Of a stretch of 64,000 bases of DNA, positions 26,601 through 41,010 are shown piece after piece (position 1 is the stretch's first letter; each line of letters opens with the position of its first letter). The notes below the pieces were generated by a model, which was given only the letters and a program-made list of their open reading frames with translations, searched no databases and had not been told where the DNA came from. The stretch is from the human T2T-CHM13v2.0 reference genome, Homo sapiens: NCBI RefSeq assembly GCF_009914755.1, contig NC_060938.1, one strand, 5' to 3'. Both the position numbers and the translations under genes were made by a program.

Positions 26601-27389
26601 ATGTTATAAAGTGAAATTGAGACTTCTCCCTCTTTGAAATGCTTTCTTCCGAATCCTACCCCATATCTGCTACTTTTTCATTAAAGAGGCCTCTGCTTTA
26701 CTCAACTTTCCCTCTTCAGTTAATTATTCCCTATAATAAAATGCATTCCATTTTTTGTGTTCATGCAGTCTCAAAGAAGACTCTCCATCTCATCTTTCAC
26801 TTCCCCATATTTACATCATATCTTTTCTGTTAAACTTAGGTAAAAAATATAACTGAGCACCGTTTGAAAAGTGAAATAAAATAAAATAGGGTTTAACTCT
26901 TGATCTAGTGTATGTGAAACTATTTTGTTATAACTGAAGAGTTATGTAATTGAGTGGCTTTGGCAGCAATATTAAAAATTTACTAATTTTAAAAATGATG
27001 ACATTAATTACCAGTTAATTATGATTACCTGCTCAGACATATAAGCAGGATTAAACGTTCAACAAGTGGCCTTAGGAATGCACAGATTGGGAATTCTTGT
27101 TATTCAGTAACCCGTTGCCTTACTTAGATGGGGTACCCCGTGATATGATTGGGAAGATAAATCCATACTATGAAGACAGGGCAGAGCAAATATTTAAATT
27201 GTTGCACCATTATTTTCGTGAACTTGACCCTAATAAAACGGTTGGTACTAACATATATAAAAGATGAAATCCTCAAAAGCCATTGATAATCTTGATAATA
27301 CTACAGGAGTGAAATCTTTAGTTAGAGAAGGGGTTAAAGTTATCTCCCTTGAACAACCATTAAAATATCTGTGTTTTCTAAAACTGCTT

Positions 27390-28300
27390 CGTAGTCACAG
27401 TTGTTTTTTCCTCTTTCATCCTTCACTTCTTTCTTGGGGGATTTTATCTATGCCTAAGAATAAATAAGCTCTGCCTAAATATTGTTGACTTAAAGCTCAT
27501 CTCTAGAGCCAGATTTTCTTGAGAACTGTATACTCTTTTTTTTTTTTAATCAAACTTTCTACTAGATATCTCCACATGATTGTTCCACAAACAACTTCAT
27601 GTCAGTACGTCTAAAACTCAGCATCATTTTTCTTTCAAAATGTCTTCTTTTGTCATGGCCTCTGTCCCAGTCTAGATCCTTAGTTTATCTGTTATCCATT
27701 TCTCACCAGGATTATTACAATTGTTTCTCAACTGGTTGTCCTGTTTCTTGCCCACTAACCAATTTAATATCTCTACGGAGCTAGGTTTCTGATTCCCACA
27801 TGAAATTATGCCATTTCTGTGCTTTGATTGCTTAAGTAGCCCCTTATCCTAATGTGATAAATTATAAATTCATGACACTCTGGAAGACTACCTTTACTAG
27901 GAACTCGATACTCTCACCTTACCAAAATACCACTCTGCTCTAAACGTTCCAGCTTTCTCATGCCATTTGGCTTCTGCACATACCTTTCTCCATGACTGAA
28001 GAACTCCCCAACTCTTGTCTGACTAATAATTTGATAAACATTTGTTAAGTCTCAGTCACGACTCATCAGTAAAGTCATCTCTCACTCCTCAAGGTACACT
28101 TCTGTTTCCCTTCTGCCATGCACCAAATGAATCTGCTACCGTTAAGTTGCACTTTATAGCAATGACTATCTTATATGTTAATTTATTAATTATCTTCCCA
28201 TTAGAGTATAAGCTCCCTTGAAGTAAAGGAGCATGTTTTGCTATCTTTTGTTTTTATCATTAAGCATAATGTTTAGCCTATGAAAGACTCTAGTGCAATA
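27390..28300 (+). mobile_element. L2 LINE 3' region
   Basis: ctactagatatctccacatga, ttctcaccaggattattacaa...ctcaactggt and tagagtataagctcccttgaag are L2 hallmarks. Confidence 0.8.
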
Positions 28301-29067
28301 ATATCCAGTCTCTTTGGGGGGACCACAGTAGTGTTGGATATTCAGATATATTCAGATCTGTGGTGTACTCCAGTGCACCCATCACACTTTCAACTTTAGA
28401 AATGACCCATTTATCTGCTTTACATGTCGCTTTATAGAGAATATAATTAAAGGCAAAAGTTTTTACGTGAAACATTTTTCCGTGAATCCTTCTCTAATAT
28501 TTTGTAATTAATTAACTTTAGGCAAGTTACTGAATATTGAGTCTTTAAAATCAGAGTCAACACCTATACACTGAAGAATTGTGTTGCAATATCTGGAAAT
28601 ATTGGAGAAATTGATGCTTGCAGTAAATCTGAAAAGTCTTCACATTTAGCTGTGAAATTAATTCTTCAAAGCAGAGCTCAGAGAGATCTGAAAATACTAT
28701 CATGAAGGTAAAGTGAGTTTGTACAAGGCTCTGCAAAATCCCCACATGTGACAGAACCATGCATCTTACAACTGCGACCTTCCAAAAATAATGTCTTCTG
28801 CTGCATTTTGCTTTTGCCCTCAGTAAACACTACAGCAGGTAATGATTCTTCAGCTAGTATTATAAAAATGTACTCTTGGTACATGACCACAAAATGAATC
28901 GTAGGATACACTGGCCAGAGGACCAAGATAATTGCTATTTGCTGGAATAACCTCCCCACTTCCAACCAAATTTGGGAATGTTTACTGGGTTATAGGAGAA
29001 ACAAACAATTCCTCTAAGTAGAAAGTAAATAAAGAAGAAAACAGATAGATTAATACGCCATCAGTGA

Positions 29068-29383
<316 letters not shown>

Positions 29384-29607
29384 CCCCTTTCTTTTCATAC
29401 ATGGTATAAGAAACCGACAGACAAGCATTGCAAGTGTGGAGATCTATGTTGTCTTGCTGCTACCCAAGCCTGCCTCTTACGTAAGTTTCCCCTGAATAAA
29501 TGTTTGACTACCTACCCACTGGAGTGGCCTGCCTCTTTATTTGCTCTGAGCTTGCCCTCCATTTACACAAGGCAGTTCTCAGTTTAGCAGGGAATTTTCC
29601 CAACAAC

Positions 29608-29625
29608 TGGTGAGCTAGCCAGGAG
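29608..29625 (+). other. Primer binding site complementary to tRNA-Arg(ACG)
   Basis: TGGTGAGCTAGCCAGGAG versus expected TGGCGAGCCAGCCAGGAG (16/18), 2 nt after the LTR end ...CAACA. Confidence 0.85.
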
Positions 29626-32600
29626 CCCACCAAAGAAATAGGCCTGGGGAATAGAGAATCTGTGAGGGGAAATCCAGATTGGCTAGCTGCCTCCATGCTG
29701 GGACCAGTGACCCATATGTTTGATGCCTGTGGACCTTTGCATGAGTGCAGAATGCTCTAAAAAGGCCCCAAAGGGTAGTCACCCTATTTGAGGGATAAAA
29801 ACAGATCATGGCAGTAAAGAAGTCAGTCACAGTCGGTGGCCCCTGTTGTGGGCAGTGCAAGAAACAACAGATACGTGGTTAGCACCAGAAGTGAAGATAT
29901 GGAACTCATTGGAAAGTAAGACATGTATTTGATGAATTAAGCTATGAGATATAAACTTGTGTTTTGTTAAAGGAAAAAGAGTAATTTTTGCCCTAAAGTA
30001 GAATGACTTGTTTGAAAGTGATAATTTAATATTTAATACTAATTCAAGATGGAATTAATATTAGAAGAAACAAACAACTTTTATCTCTATTAGATGTTTA
30101 AGATCATAAAACTATGAGTTCAACCAAGGGACAAATGTGCATGTGGAAGTGCTGTGTCCATTACTTTTACATATCAAACAGAAATAAAACAAAAACAAAA
30201 CCTCCAAAATCATGTATTTACTTCATTAGGTTCTTGCTTTCTCAATGACTGCTTAACATGAAACATGCTGTAAAAATAGTTAACAGGAAATAACTTGATG
30301 ATGGCTAGTGTTGTTTTGCGTTACAATATGTCGACTTAAAAATAGCTCCCCACATCTCTTTGTTAGCTTACAGCCTTGGAGTTTTGCTAAGTTAAATTAA
30401 ATAATGGATATTCATCAAATATCTAGATAGTTTCCAAAGAAGATAAAATACTAAAACATTAATTGCTGAGCATAAGTTTAATTTGACATACTTTTGGCAT
30501 CTTACATGGTGTAGAAACACTAAGTACTGTATTTTTGGGTCTGGTAATTAACATGAAAAATTGAACTTTGTGGAAGCATACATTTCTGGAAGTTATAAAA
30601 TGATGTTAATCTACAGAATGCAAGTTCACGATTAGAATAAAATTCTAATTAACGTATGTTAATTAAAACTAGAAATAATAAGGGTGCTTTGTCTTGGGAC
30701 ACAGAGGCCAAGAGATAGAGACACACAAAAAAAACACGTGGGAATGAAAGTGTACGTTTAAAGAAATAATACAGTAAGTAAGAGAAAGATGTGAAGCAAG
30801 TAGAAACAACCCAAGAAAGACATTGGAAGAAAGAGGTGGGAGTACAGGAGCCAGGTCTGGATTATCAGTGTTAGGGAATCTTAGATAGGCCAGGCTTTTT
30901 GCTCTAGGTAGGGGCTATGGGAGGCTGGGTGACCAGAGGTACTATGGCTTGTGCTTAAAACCCCTGTGAGGCCAATGAGCTCATATTGGCTGCTGTTGTT
31001 GCATCCTTTCCTCTTCTATTCAAATATCAGGTTAAGGATGGGTTCCGAGCCTCACACTCACCAAAGACCAGTCTGCAGGATCAGTGGCAATGCCTACCCG
31101 TTGCCCCAGGAGGTTTCCCAGGGCATGCAACAGGGTCCTCAACACTATGCTTCACTGATCAAGTCAAATCAAGTAGCACTGGGAGGTGGAAAAAGCAAAA
31201 TAAAACCAGAAAGACACAGCTCTGCAATCTGCCATGGAATAGTAGCCCATGACTTGACTCTGTTTTTCTCCCCTTCCCCACCTCCAGCATTGCATGGTCA
31301 CGTTACATCGATGATATCATGTTAACCTCTGAAGATTTTTTTTTTTCTTGTACAGACCACTCTGACCTCAATGTCTGGCTGGGTGGACAAAATGTTGCCA
31401 CAAGCTATTAGGCTTATAGATGAAAGCCCAGTGGGCCCTATTGCTCCATATGACAGGATAGATGAGCCATCGCTAAATGGCAAACATAGTATGGCAAACA
31501 AAGAAAGACATATTCTTGGCTCAGTCAGCCTCTACTAATTGCATTATGGCAATGCATACCTCTTGGGACATCCAGCCAGGAGACAGCCTGTTGTAGTGGA
31601 GACTGACTAGCACAGGAATACCCTGTCAGGCTGGATGGGATACTTTGTCTCACAGTGGAAGGAGGACTTCACCTTACTGACCTGGACTCCTGTCACACTG
31701 CTAGATTCTGAGCCTGAGGTAAGGAGACACTAATGCAAGGCCACTTGCATTTTGCATAAGGGAGAAGTAATCAGGCTCCTGATCTGGCATGTAACAGTCC
31801 AGGAAGAGTAATCATGTAGGAGACACTCCTACCTCTCCCAGCAGGCAAGTATGATTTGCTTCTCCTGGGAAGCCTTCCCAGGCAGCTGCTGTTTTGACCA
31901 CTTGGGACAAATCCTCCATCGTAATCATTGTTGGAGGAGACGATCTACCTTTACAAGCGCCTGCTGGAGTTTTACCTTTCAATCTCTAGCTTCCTCTTGT
32001 TGTATCACATGGCATCAAAGATAAATGATCCCACCCATTATAGGAACAGTTATCGTCACATTAGTTTAGAGATTGGGGAAATTGGTGGGAACATTTGTTA
32101 ATATGCTTACTTCTTTTGCTTTGCGTTTTCTCCTGTGTGTGTCTCTATTGTTACTGTAGACTCATCATGCAATGTGGCACCAAGTTTGTGAATAATGCAT
32201 CCACCCTCCCTATAAAACCCCTCAGGGAAGCCAGGTACTCTCATGGAAGAAGGGGCTTGTAAGAATATAAGGCCAGTCGGGAGGGGCGGCGTGTTGTGAA
32301 AATGTATTCTGGGTACATGACCACAAAGTGAGTTGTAGGATGCAGTCATCAGAAGACCAAATAACTGCTACTTCCTAGAACATCCCTTCCCTTACCCTCC
32401 ATTCCCCACTTAGGAATGTTGACCAGATTGTGGGAAACCCAAACAATCCCTTTAAGTAGAAAGTACATAGATTAAGAAAGTAACCCTATGACTTATGATC
32501 ATCAGTGACTTTTTTTTTAAATTTTGTCCCTTTCTCTTTTCTTTTCACGGTATAAAAGATTAGACAAGTATGCATTGCAAGCACACAGATTTACCTAGAC

Positions 32601-33105
32601 ATCACCCAATCCCACCTCATATGTAAGTTCCCAACTAAATAAATCTTTGACTACTTAACAATCTGAAGTGGTCTGCTTCTTTCTTTGTTCTGAGCTTGTA
32701 CTCCGCCTACTGAGGGCGATTCTGAGTTCCAGGAGGACGTTTTCTCAGCAGTTAGCTAAGTGACCCAAATCCAGATTTTCATTTTTATAGAGTCCAAGTC
32801 ATTAAGAGTCCTTTCTGGGCCATTAGCATTCTTACTTGTGTTAGTTATTACAGTTTTACATTAAATTTACCACATGACATCAGAGAACTAAAACACTCCT
32901 TGGAGAATCTCATGGGCTCCAGACACATTCCTTCCTGCCTGTTTTATATAGTTGTAACCCAACTTTCTCTTGATATTCAGAATCAATCACTACATCCAAT
33001 ACATAAAGAGACTCAACTGGGAACTTTTAGCCATCAGCACTCCCAGAAGATGAGGAAATGAATATTTCAGTCCCAAAGGAGTGGTCTGAGCACCACCTAA
33101 AACAT

Positions 33106-33377
33106 TTGTTCAGATTTTATAATGCCGTAATCCACTTATTTGATATCATAAGTTCTGTGAGCAGTTCTGCCATGATTCTTATTGGTCTCTTTTCCTGGAA
33201 AGTAACAGGAAGATTAGTGAGAAGAACTACAGCCCCTATTATTGTTCAGATTTTATAATGCTCTAATCTACTTATTTGATATCATGAGTTCTGTGAGCAG
33301 TTCTGCCATGATTCTTATTGGTCTCTTTTCCTGGAAAGTAAGAGGAAGGTTAGTGAGAAGAACTACAGCCCCTACTG
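33106..33377. repeat. 136-bp tandem duplication
   Basis: Units 33106-33241 and 33242-33377, about 8 mismatches by eye. Confidence 0.95.
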
Positions 33378-35039
33378 CAGCTGGTCTCAAGGCTGAAATT
33401 GATACTTATTGTTTTACCATCTATTTGGGTGTATACCAAGACCTTATCCCTTGTAAGTCTGGTTAACCCACCCTTCTCAAGCCATAGCTATTGCACTTGT
33501 CCATTTACTTTCAAAAGCAGCCAAATTGATACCAAAATATATGCAAATAAAGATGTGGGTACCAAACACAATCTTTCTAGCCCCTATATCTAATAATAAT
33601 ACTTTCTCCTGATGACCAGGGTCAATTATTCCTTCCAGACTGATGATTCCTTTCCTTGTTTGCCTGTCTTTTCACATAAGAAGCCCTAAGTGGCCATATG
33701 ATAGCATAGCTTGAAGTTTAGTGGGGCTTCTGCTACTGCCCTCAGGGAAACTTTGTCTCTGGGAACCAGGAACTCTAAACTCATATTGCCCAGATCATGC
33801 AGATGGAAAGTACAAATTCCCCAGAAAAAGGCCACAGAATTTGGAAGTGAGTGGGGCCCTTATTACTTTTGTCCTTCATGACCAAACCCATTTTTTAGTC
33901 TACCTATTGAAGATAGAAGCATAAAATGGTCATGAATTCAGTATAAATGCGGAGTCTTGAAAAATGTCTTCCCATCTTTGTAAGTTATTGTACCTAAGCT
34001 GGTGTCTCAGTTATACCTTTGAAAGGTAGTTTCATCACTCTTTCAGGCCAACAGCTTCTCAGTGGTGAGAAAGATAATAGGATTAAAAGGTCTTATGGTC
34101 ATATGCCAAATCTCACACCTTCTTTGCTCTAATGTGGCATTAGGTTACATAGGGTCTTGGGTGATACTTCTCATCATCACTTCCAATAACCCACTTGTGT
34201 TGCGTTTTTCATTCTTATAACTTTAAGCTTAAGCTAATTAAAGTATCTTAGAGTGGTAAAAAGAAAGGACTAAATATATAGTAAGATATACTTCTACCAA
34301 TGAAATGAAAAACATATATATTTTTATTACTCTTGAAAGTAAAATCATAGAGGTATCAGGCCTCAGTCCTCTTGGAAGGGACTTCCCAAGAAAGATATTT
34401 AGTGCAAATATTGTTTGAGACAACCATCATCAAGGTAGAAGTGTTACTATTGGCTATTACTAATTACTATTACAAATGCATATCTAGATTAATTATCTTC
34501 TTCAATTAGAACAAATTACTTCCCTGTTCATAATGAAAAGGACCCAGTGATTTCAACCTGCCATCAGCTGACTGGAAGATTCCTTACTGTTGGTGCCATG
34601 GGGAGCTCAGCATTGGTGTCTGCTTATAACAGAATATATTGTGGGGCATTCTACGTTGAATTCCTCAGTGAGGGGAATTGTCACTGATGAGGAGAATTCT
34701 ATGTCGTTAACCTCTTCCATAACCAAAATTCCTACCACCATGCTATGTTCCACTTCAGTCCATTGATCTCCTGTTAAGTGGATATTATGTGACTGGTAAA
34801 AAAGTAGTCATGTATAAACCGCCTGATTTTGGAAAACCTCCTCTGCAGTGAATATTCTCTGGTGAATATTTACATGAGAAATAAATATATTCACAAGCTA
34901 AGCCCATTTTGAGAGATCTGCCTACATGGCCCTACTTTAGTCTTGCTAGTCTTAATGTTCCAAACATATTTTTCTCTGACTAAATGAAAAAAAAAAAAAC
35001 ATTAAACACTACCATAAAGCAATGTATTATACTTTTATT

Positions 35040-35620
35040 ATTATTATTATACTTTAAGTTCTAGGGTACATGTGCACAACGTGCAGGTTTGTTACATATG
35101 TATACATGTGCCATGTTGGTGTGCTGCACCCATTAACTCATCATTTACATTAGGTATATCTCCTAATGCTATCCCTCCCCCCTCCCCCCACCCCATGACA
35201 GGCCCCAGTGCATGATGTTCCCCTTCCTGTGTCCAAGTGTTCTCATTGTTCAATTCCCAACTATGAGTGAGAATATGCGGTGTTTGGTTTTCTGTCCTTG
35301 TGATAGTTTGCTGAGAATGATGGTTTCCAGCTTCATCCATGTCCCCACAAAGGACATGAACTCATCCTTTTTTATGGCTGCATAGTATTCCATGGTATAT
35401 TTGTGCCACATTTTCTTAATCCAGTCTATCATTGATGGACATTTAGGTTAGTTCCAAGTCTTTGCTATTGTGAATAGTGCCACAATAAACATACGTGTGC
35501 ATGTGTCTTTATAGCAGTATGATTTATACTGCTTTGGGTATATACCCAATAATGTGATGTCTGGGTCAAATGGTATTTCTAGTTCTAGATCCTTGAGGAA
35601 TCACCACATTGTCTCCCACA
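35040..35620 (-). mobile_element. 5'-truncated young L1PA (L1PA4/5-like)
   Basis: Close match to the primate L1 3'UTR and ORF2 end (DWIKKMWHKYTMEYYAAIKKDEFMSF); TSD atacttttatt at 35029-35039 and 35621-35631. Confidence 0.95.
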
Positions 35621-36545
35621 ATACTTTTATTTAACCATCCCTACAGTAACAGTGGACAGTCAAAAATATTACTTCACATTTGTCTACCTTTATAATGCTC
35701 CTTCACTACTGTCCTTCCTAATCATATGAAACTTGTACTGTCACAGCATATTTTGTATAACCATCAATAAATCACATCTGATGTTTTTCCTTAGTCCATC
35801 AACCTGTCATAGGGAAGTCTTCACAAATCCATCAGTGTGAGTTGAAAGCAAGGTGGCAACACAGTGGAGTCTGAGCTATGTACAACTTTATCCTGTCCTC
35901 TGGAACTACTCAAGTTCTGTCTCATCTCTACTATGTTCTAATAATAGTTGATTGCTTCTATACACTCACGATTTTTTGTTCTGGTAGGACAGAAAGCAAG
36001 CAGTTTATGACAGATCGGCCATTTAAAAAAAAACCCATAATCTATAATAAAATGATATTTCAATGTGGAATACTAAAGCATGACTGTGCTAGAAGACATA
36101 ACAGCAGAGGCACTCTGTATGTGTCTGCTACAAATCTAAACTAATGCAGGTGTATTGTGTTAGTGACAAAAATTATGAGCAACATTTACATTGGCAAAAA
36201 AATTTTTCTGAAGTATCCAACAACTCTTACTACAGAGTGAAATAATGCACAGTCCTATCATTATTTATTTTTTTGTGTTTTGCTTTAGACGGTAAAAGAT
36301 AGTTATGTCTGTTCCTAGTTTTTAACCTAAAGTTGACTCTTGAAGGCTGAAAAGAAGTTCAAAATATAGACAGTGCTTGAGTGCGAGAAGTTGAAGAAAA
36401 GAAAAGGAAAAACTGTGTGTCAAGAAACATGTGTGCCTGAGAAACTTTCTGGACAGCATATACTAATTTGCTTGATGTGGAAATCTCCATTAAAAAGCCA
36501 TGTGTTAATAAGACATCACAGTATCTTCAGATCAAAAGGGAGGTT

Positions 36546-36958
36546 GTAATATTAGTTTAAATTATTCATGGCAAACCGAATGTCCTGGACACTAATTAGT
36601 TTAGGAAAGGACATGTGATTAATACTGACCAGTGATAAAGTAGTTGGGATCTACTAAAGTTGGAGGTTTCCATTCGTATAAAAGTAGTCAAGAAGAAACA
36701 TCCCCTCTTCATTCATCGGATATTGTTGGCTCTATATGTGTGATCATGCTGAGGTCTACATGTTGAGGCTGACAAAACAAACAAAAAAGATAAAAGAAAC
36801 ATGAGCCTTTGATCCTGACAATGGCCATAAATTAACCAACATTTTAATCTGCCTGACATTTTGATTTCTTGTTTCCTGAGATAATATATCCATTATTGTT
36901 TACGCCATTTGATTTATAATTTCTATGACTTGCAACTGAGATTATTTTCAATAGTATA
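36546..36958 (+). mobile_element. Old MaLR solo LTR (MLT1K/L/J-like)
   Basis: ggacatgtgattaatactgaccagtga...aagaaacatgagcctttga...cttgtttcctgagataata...gacttgcaactga: MLT1 architecture. Confidence 0.7.
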
Positions 36959-39104
36959 GCAAGTGTGGAAAAGTTGTTTCAGTGTTTCATTTATCTTCAG
37001 TATCTAGCCTAGGATATAACATCAAAAATGCTCAACAGATGTATGCAAAGTAACCAATAAATGAAATATTTTCACCATCAAACCTAAACAATGACCCTGT
37101 TTTATTAATAGATACATGGGAAGAGGTACATTTTTCTTTTTGTCCCCAGAAAGACTCAATCCACAGGGAATAAAAAAGGATGGCTTATTCCATTTAGTGT
37201 CCCTAAGATTAAATACTTTTCTAGTATAGAGATGATTGAAAAAAATCATCTCTACATTATTCACAATTCATGTGTAATGCTATTTTTAGAGTGATTATTA
37301 ATGAAGATGACATAGGATTTTATCTAAGGATTTGCATAACATTAGATTTAATTCCTGATGATAGTGAAGATTGGTTTTTCAGATTTTTAAGAGATTTTCT
37401 AAAAATATAAAATGCAATAAAAGCTCACATTTCTAACTGAATTTTATTTTGCAGTGAAAAATAGAACTTATGCACTTCTTGGATAATTCTCTTGGATGGC
37501 CTTCTATTAATTTTCTGGTAGGTGACCAATCTTAAGAAATATTGGAGAAAACACAAAGAAATAAGAACTTTTTAAGACTACATTGGAAGTTAATCTTGTT
37601 CTTGCTTACTGCAGGATGATCAGCGTGTGTTTTTCTCAGATAAATTAGATGAAGATTTACTCTAAATTCAAAAACCATCATTCAATCTACTGTTTAAATG
37701 AAATGCAAAGGAAAGCAGAAAAAAAACTTAAGACAGAACTCAACATATGCCCGCCAAAAAGTCTTTTCACACACAAAAAATTAGAAGAATGGGCCTATCC
37801 TAACATAACAATGTTCAATGTCATTGACTGAGTTCAATGACAGAAGATGCCCATGGTATTAGAAAAAAATGTTTCGGCATTGAATGATTCAGTTCTACAT
37901 TTATTCAGAAGTATAAAAGCACTAGAGATGAAACCTGTTTCATACTAAAATTAGTAATGGCATGTATTAAGTGCCAACACCCTGTCAAATTTGGCAATGC
38001 CCCTTATACTGAATGAATGTAGCTTGTTTCTTGGATGCATTTCATGTGTGTTGTTTTGGATGTCATATTAATCTTCCCAGAAGTACTTGGAAAGAGGTAA
38101 TTTTGTATGATTAGGAGATAACATGAACATCAGAAGAATGATTTTTCAGATTTTTTTTTGCTGTTGTTCTAAGTGTGAATTAGGCATTAAGTTTTAAATG
38201 CATTCTTGTTTAAAAATTGAGTATCTTCTATGAGAAACAACAACTACAAAATTTATCATCTTTTCTATAAGAAAATTCATTTCTAAACTTGAACAGTTCA
38301 AGTTATTAACAGGCCTTAAAAAAATTAACTATTCGTAAAGCTTTGTGGATCATCTTTTGTTAGAAATGAAGGATACTAATATCTTATGTATCTTTTTTTG
38401 TTGTTTTCAAAAATAATCTAATAATGTTTTCTTGAATTCTGCTAAAGCACTCTGTCTCTCTCTATCTCTTCTGTTAAGGTAATATATAGTTAACAAGGGT
38501 ATTAACTGAGTTATCATAAAATGAATAGGATACACCATAGATGACGTTTTTACTTGTTTTCTGTTTTGCTTTGTTGTTAAAGAATGACTTGTGATTTCTG
38601 ATTGCTAAGTCAATTTAAAATGAGTAGATATTGGCTTATCATACTGGCATTGCTTACATATCTACACATTATCATCACCAGTTATCAGTTCCAACTGGCT
38701 GCTGGAAATTTTTATTTTTAATTGTAATCATTATATCAAATGTAATTTTAAGCAATGAAAGGTGAAAAAATGTTACATATGGGACACCAGGAAACATGTT
38801 ATCAATAAAAAGAGTATAGTTTGCCTTTAGGTTAAATGAACTGTGATCTTAAATATAATAATTTAGAAATAATTTATGTCTAAAATATTTTCTCACTCAT
38901 AAAATAAATAAAATGTAAAATTTTATACATATAGCAACTTTACACCATTTTTTTTTCATTGTCCATTTGGAATGAAAATACTTAGAAGCTGAAATAATTG
39001 AATTAATCAAATTTCTTTCTACTTGATCCTATGTAATGATCTGAAATTTAATTTTAAAATTATAAAGCTATATCACTGCACATCACATAGACAGTAAATA
39101 GTAA

Positions 39105-39730
<626 letters not shown>

Positions 39731-40516
39731 AAGAGTATGCAAAAAAAAAGTAGAGGGGAGCAATTAAAAACACTTTATTTTGTTGTGAAAATACTAACTA
39801 AAATCAAGTTTTACTAAAAATACGCTTCCTTGTTGTGTGGTATAAATTCAAATTATTTTTAAGATCTTCTGGCATTCTATTATTTAATTTTTGTGAAACT
39901 GATGAAGAAAAATGAAAATTTTGATAGCCCTGTACAAAAATATGAATTATTTGTATTTTTAATTCTGCTGCTGCTGTTTTAAATGAGCCCTGATCATTTG
40001 CAATTCTAGTCTTACAAAAATGCACAAAAGACACATAAGCCAATTATCACAAAATATCATCTTTTTTTTCTGTTTTAAAGTGTATAATCATTCTCTACTT
40101 ATCTGGAAGTTAAATTGCTGATCACTTTCACCATTGTGAAAATAATTTTCTCCTTGAAATATCTGAAAACCTTTTGTAGTAGAAAGTATGTAGGACATTT
40201 AATGTGGGTAAGAGCTAAGGAAAGCTTCCTAGAATACCATCTTCATAGTATGTAAATTGTTGTTGTGACAAAAGAAATGTTTATTTTATATGTTATTTAA
40301 TAAATATATTGAGTACCTACTCTATTCTACAAACATAAGTTTGGGGAATAATTGGTATAGACAAGGATATCAGTATGTTTGCTTAAGACTTCTAGATCTT
40401 TTTCTATGCTCTTGTGCATTGTGAATCACCAAGACGGTTATTAGATAGGCACCTATGGACAATATATGATCATGCAATTTCAATGCACAAAATTTTCCAG
40501 CTAAGATTGTATGTGG

Positions 40517-40654
40517 AAGCTAAAATTCAACTTTGTTGTACTTACCAATCTATATGCTGTGCCCTATCGAAAAAGGGACAACTATAAGCTAAAATTCAAC
40601 TTTGTTGTACTTACTAATCTATATGCTGTGCCCTATTGGAAAAGGGACAACTAT
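40517..40654. repeat. 69-bp tandem duplication
   Basis: Units 40517-40585 and 40586-40654, 3 mismatches. Confidence 0.95.
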
Positions 40655-41010
40655 TTCTAACTAGTTTAAAGTCACTTGCTTTGCCTGACTAGACTGGGGA
40701 CATTTTTCTAATTGGCTTATCCTGAGCTATTATTTTTACCCATTTGGAACTTAGTAAGGCAAACATTAAAAATCAGAAAAACATATTTATGTGACAATCT
40801 TTAGCATGGCAAATAAATAAAGTATTTGGTTTTTAATTCAGTCATCATTAATGTGTGTATGTGTGTGAATGTGCTTCCATGTATACATTTATTTGTTTTA
40901 TTAACATTAACTATCATAATGGTACTTGGGATAGTAATTTATTAAAATCAACTCAAATATTATTTGTATTAATCCTTAGATTGAAAGTATCCTCAACTCT
41001 TATTAGGTAC

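Larger units (their letters stand above)
32800..36020 (-). mobile_element. Highly degenerate ERVL-type (HERV16/ERVL-E-like) internal fragment: RNase H / integrase / dUTPase region
   Basis: Minus strand 33611-33651 reads GIISLEGIIDPGH (compare GVTVLAGVIDPDY); 33690-33880 and 34540-34960 parallel the corresponding HERV-L pol segments seen at 50.7-51.8 kb. No LTR identified. Confidence 0.7.

Noticed and set aside
30951-31325. 124-aa ORF as a gene
   Set aside because: Only its C-terminal part matches retroviral RT, and YIDD is in another frame; it is a fossil.
33058-33466. Two near-identical ORFs suggesting a paralogous gene pair or CRISPR-like repeat
   Set aside because: Simple 136-bp tandem duplication with no spacers, in eukaryotic DNA.
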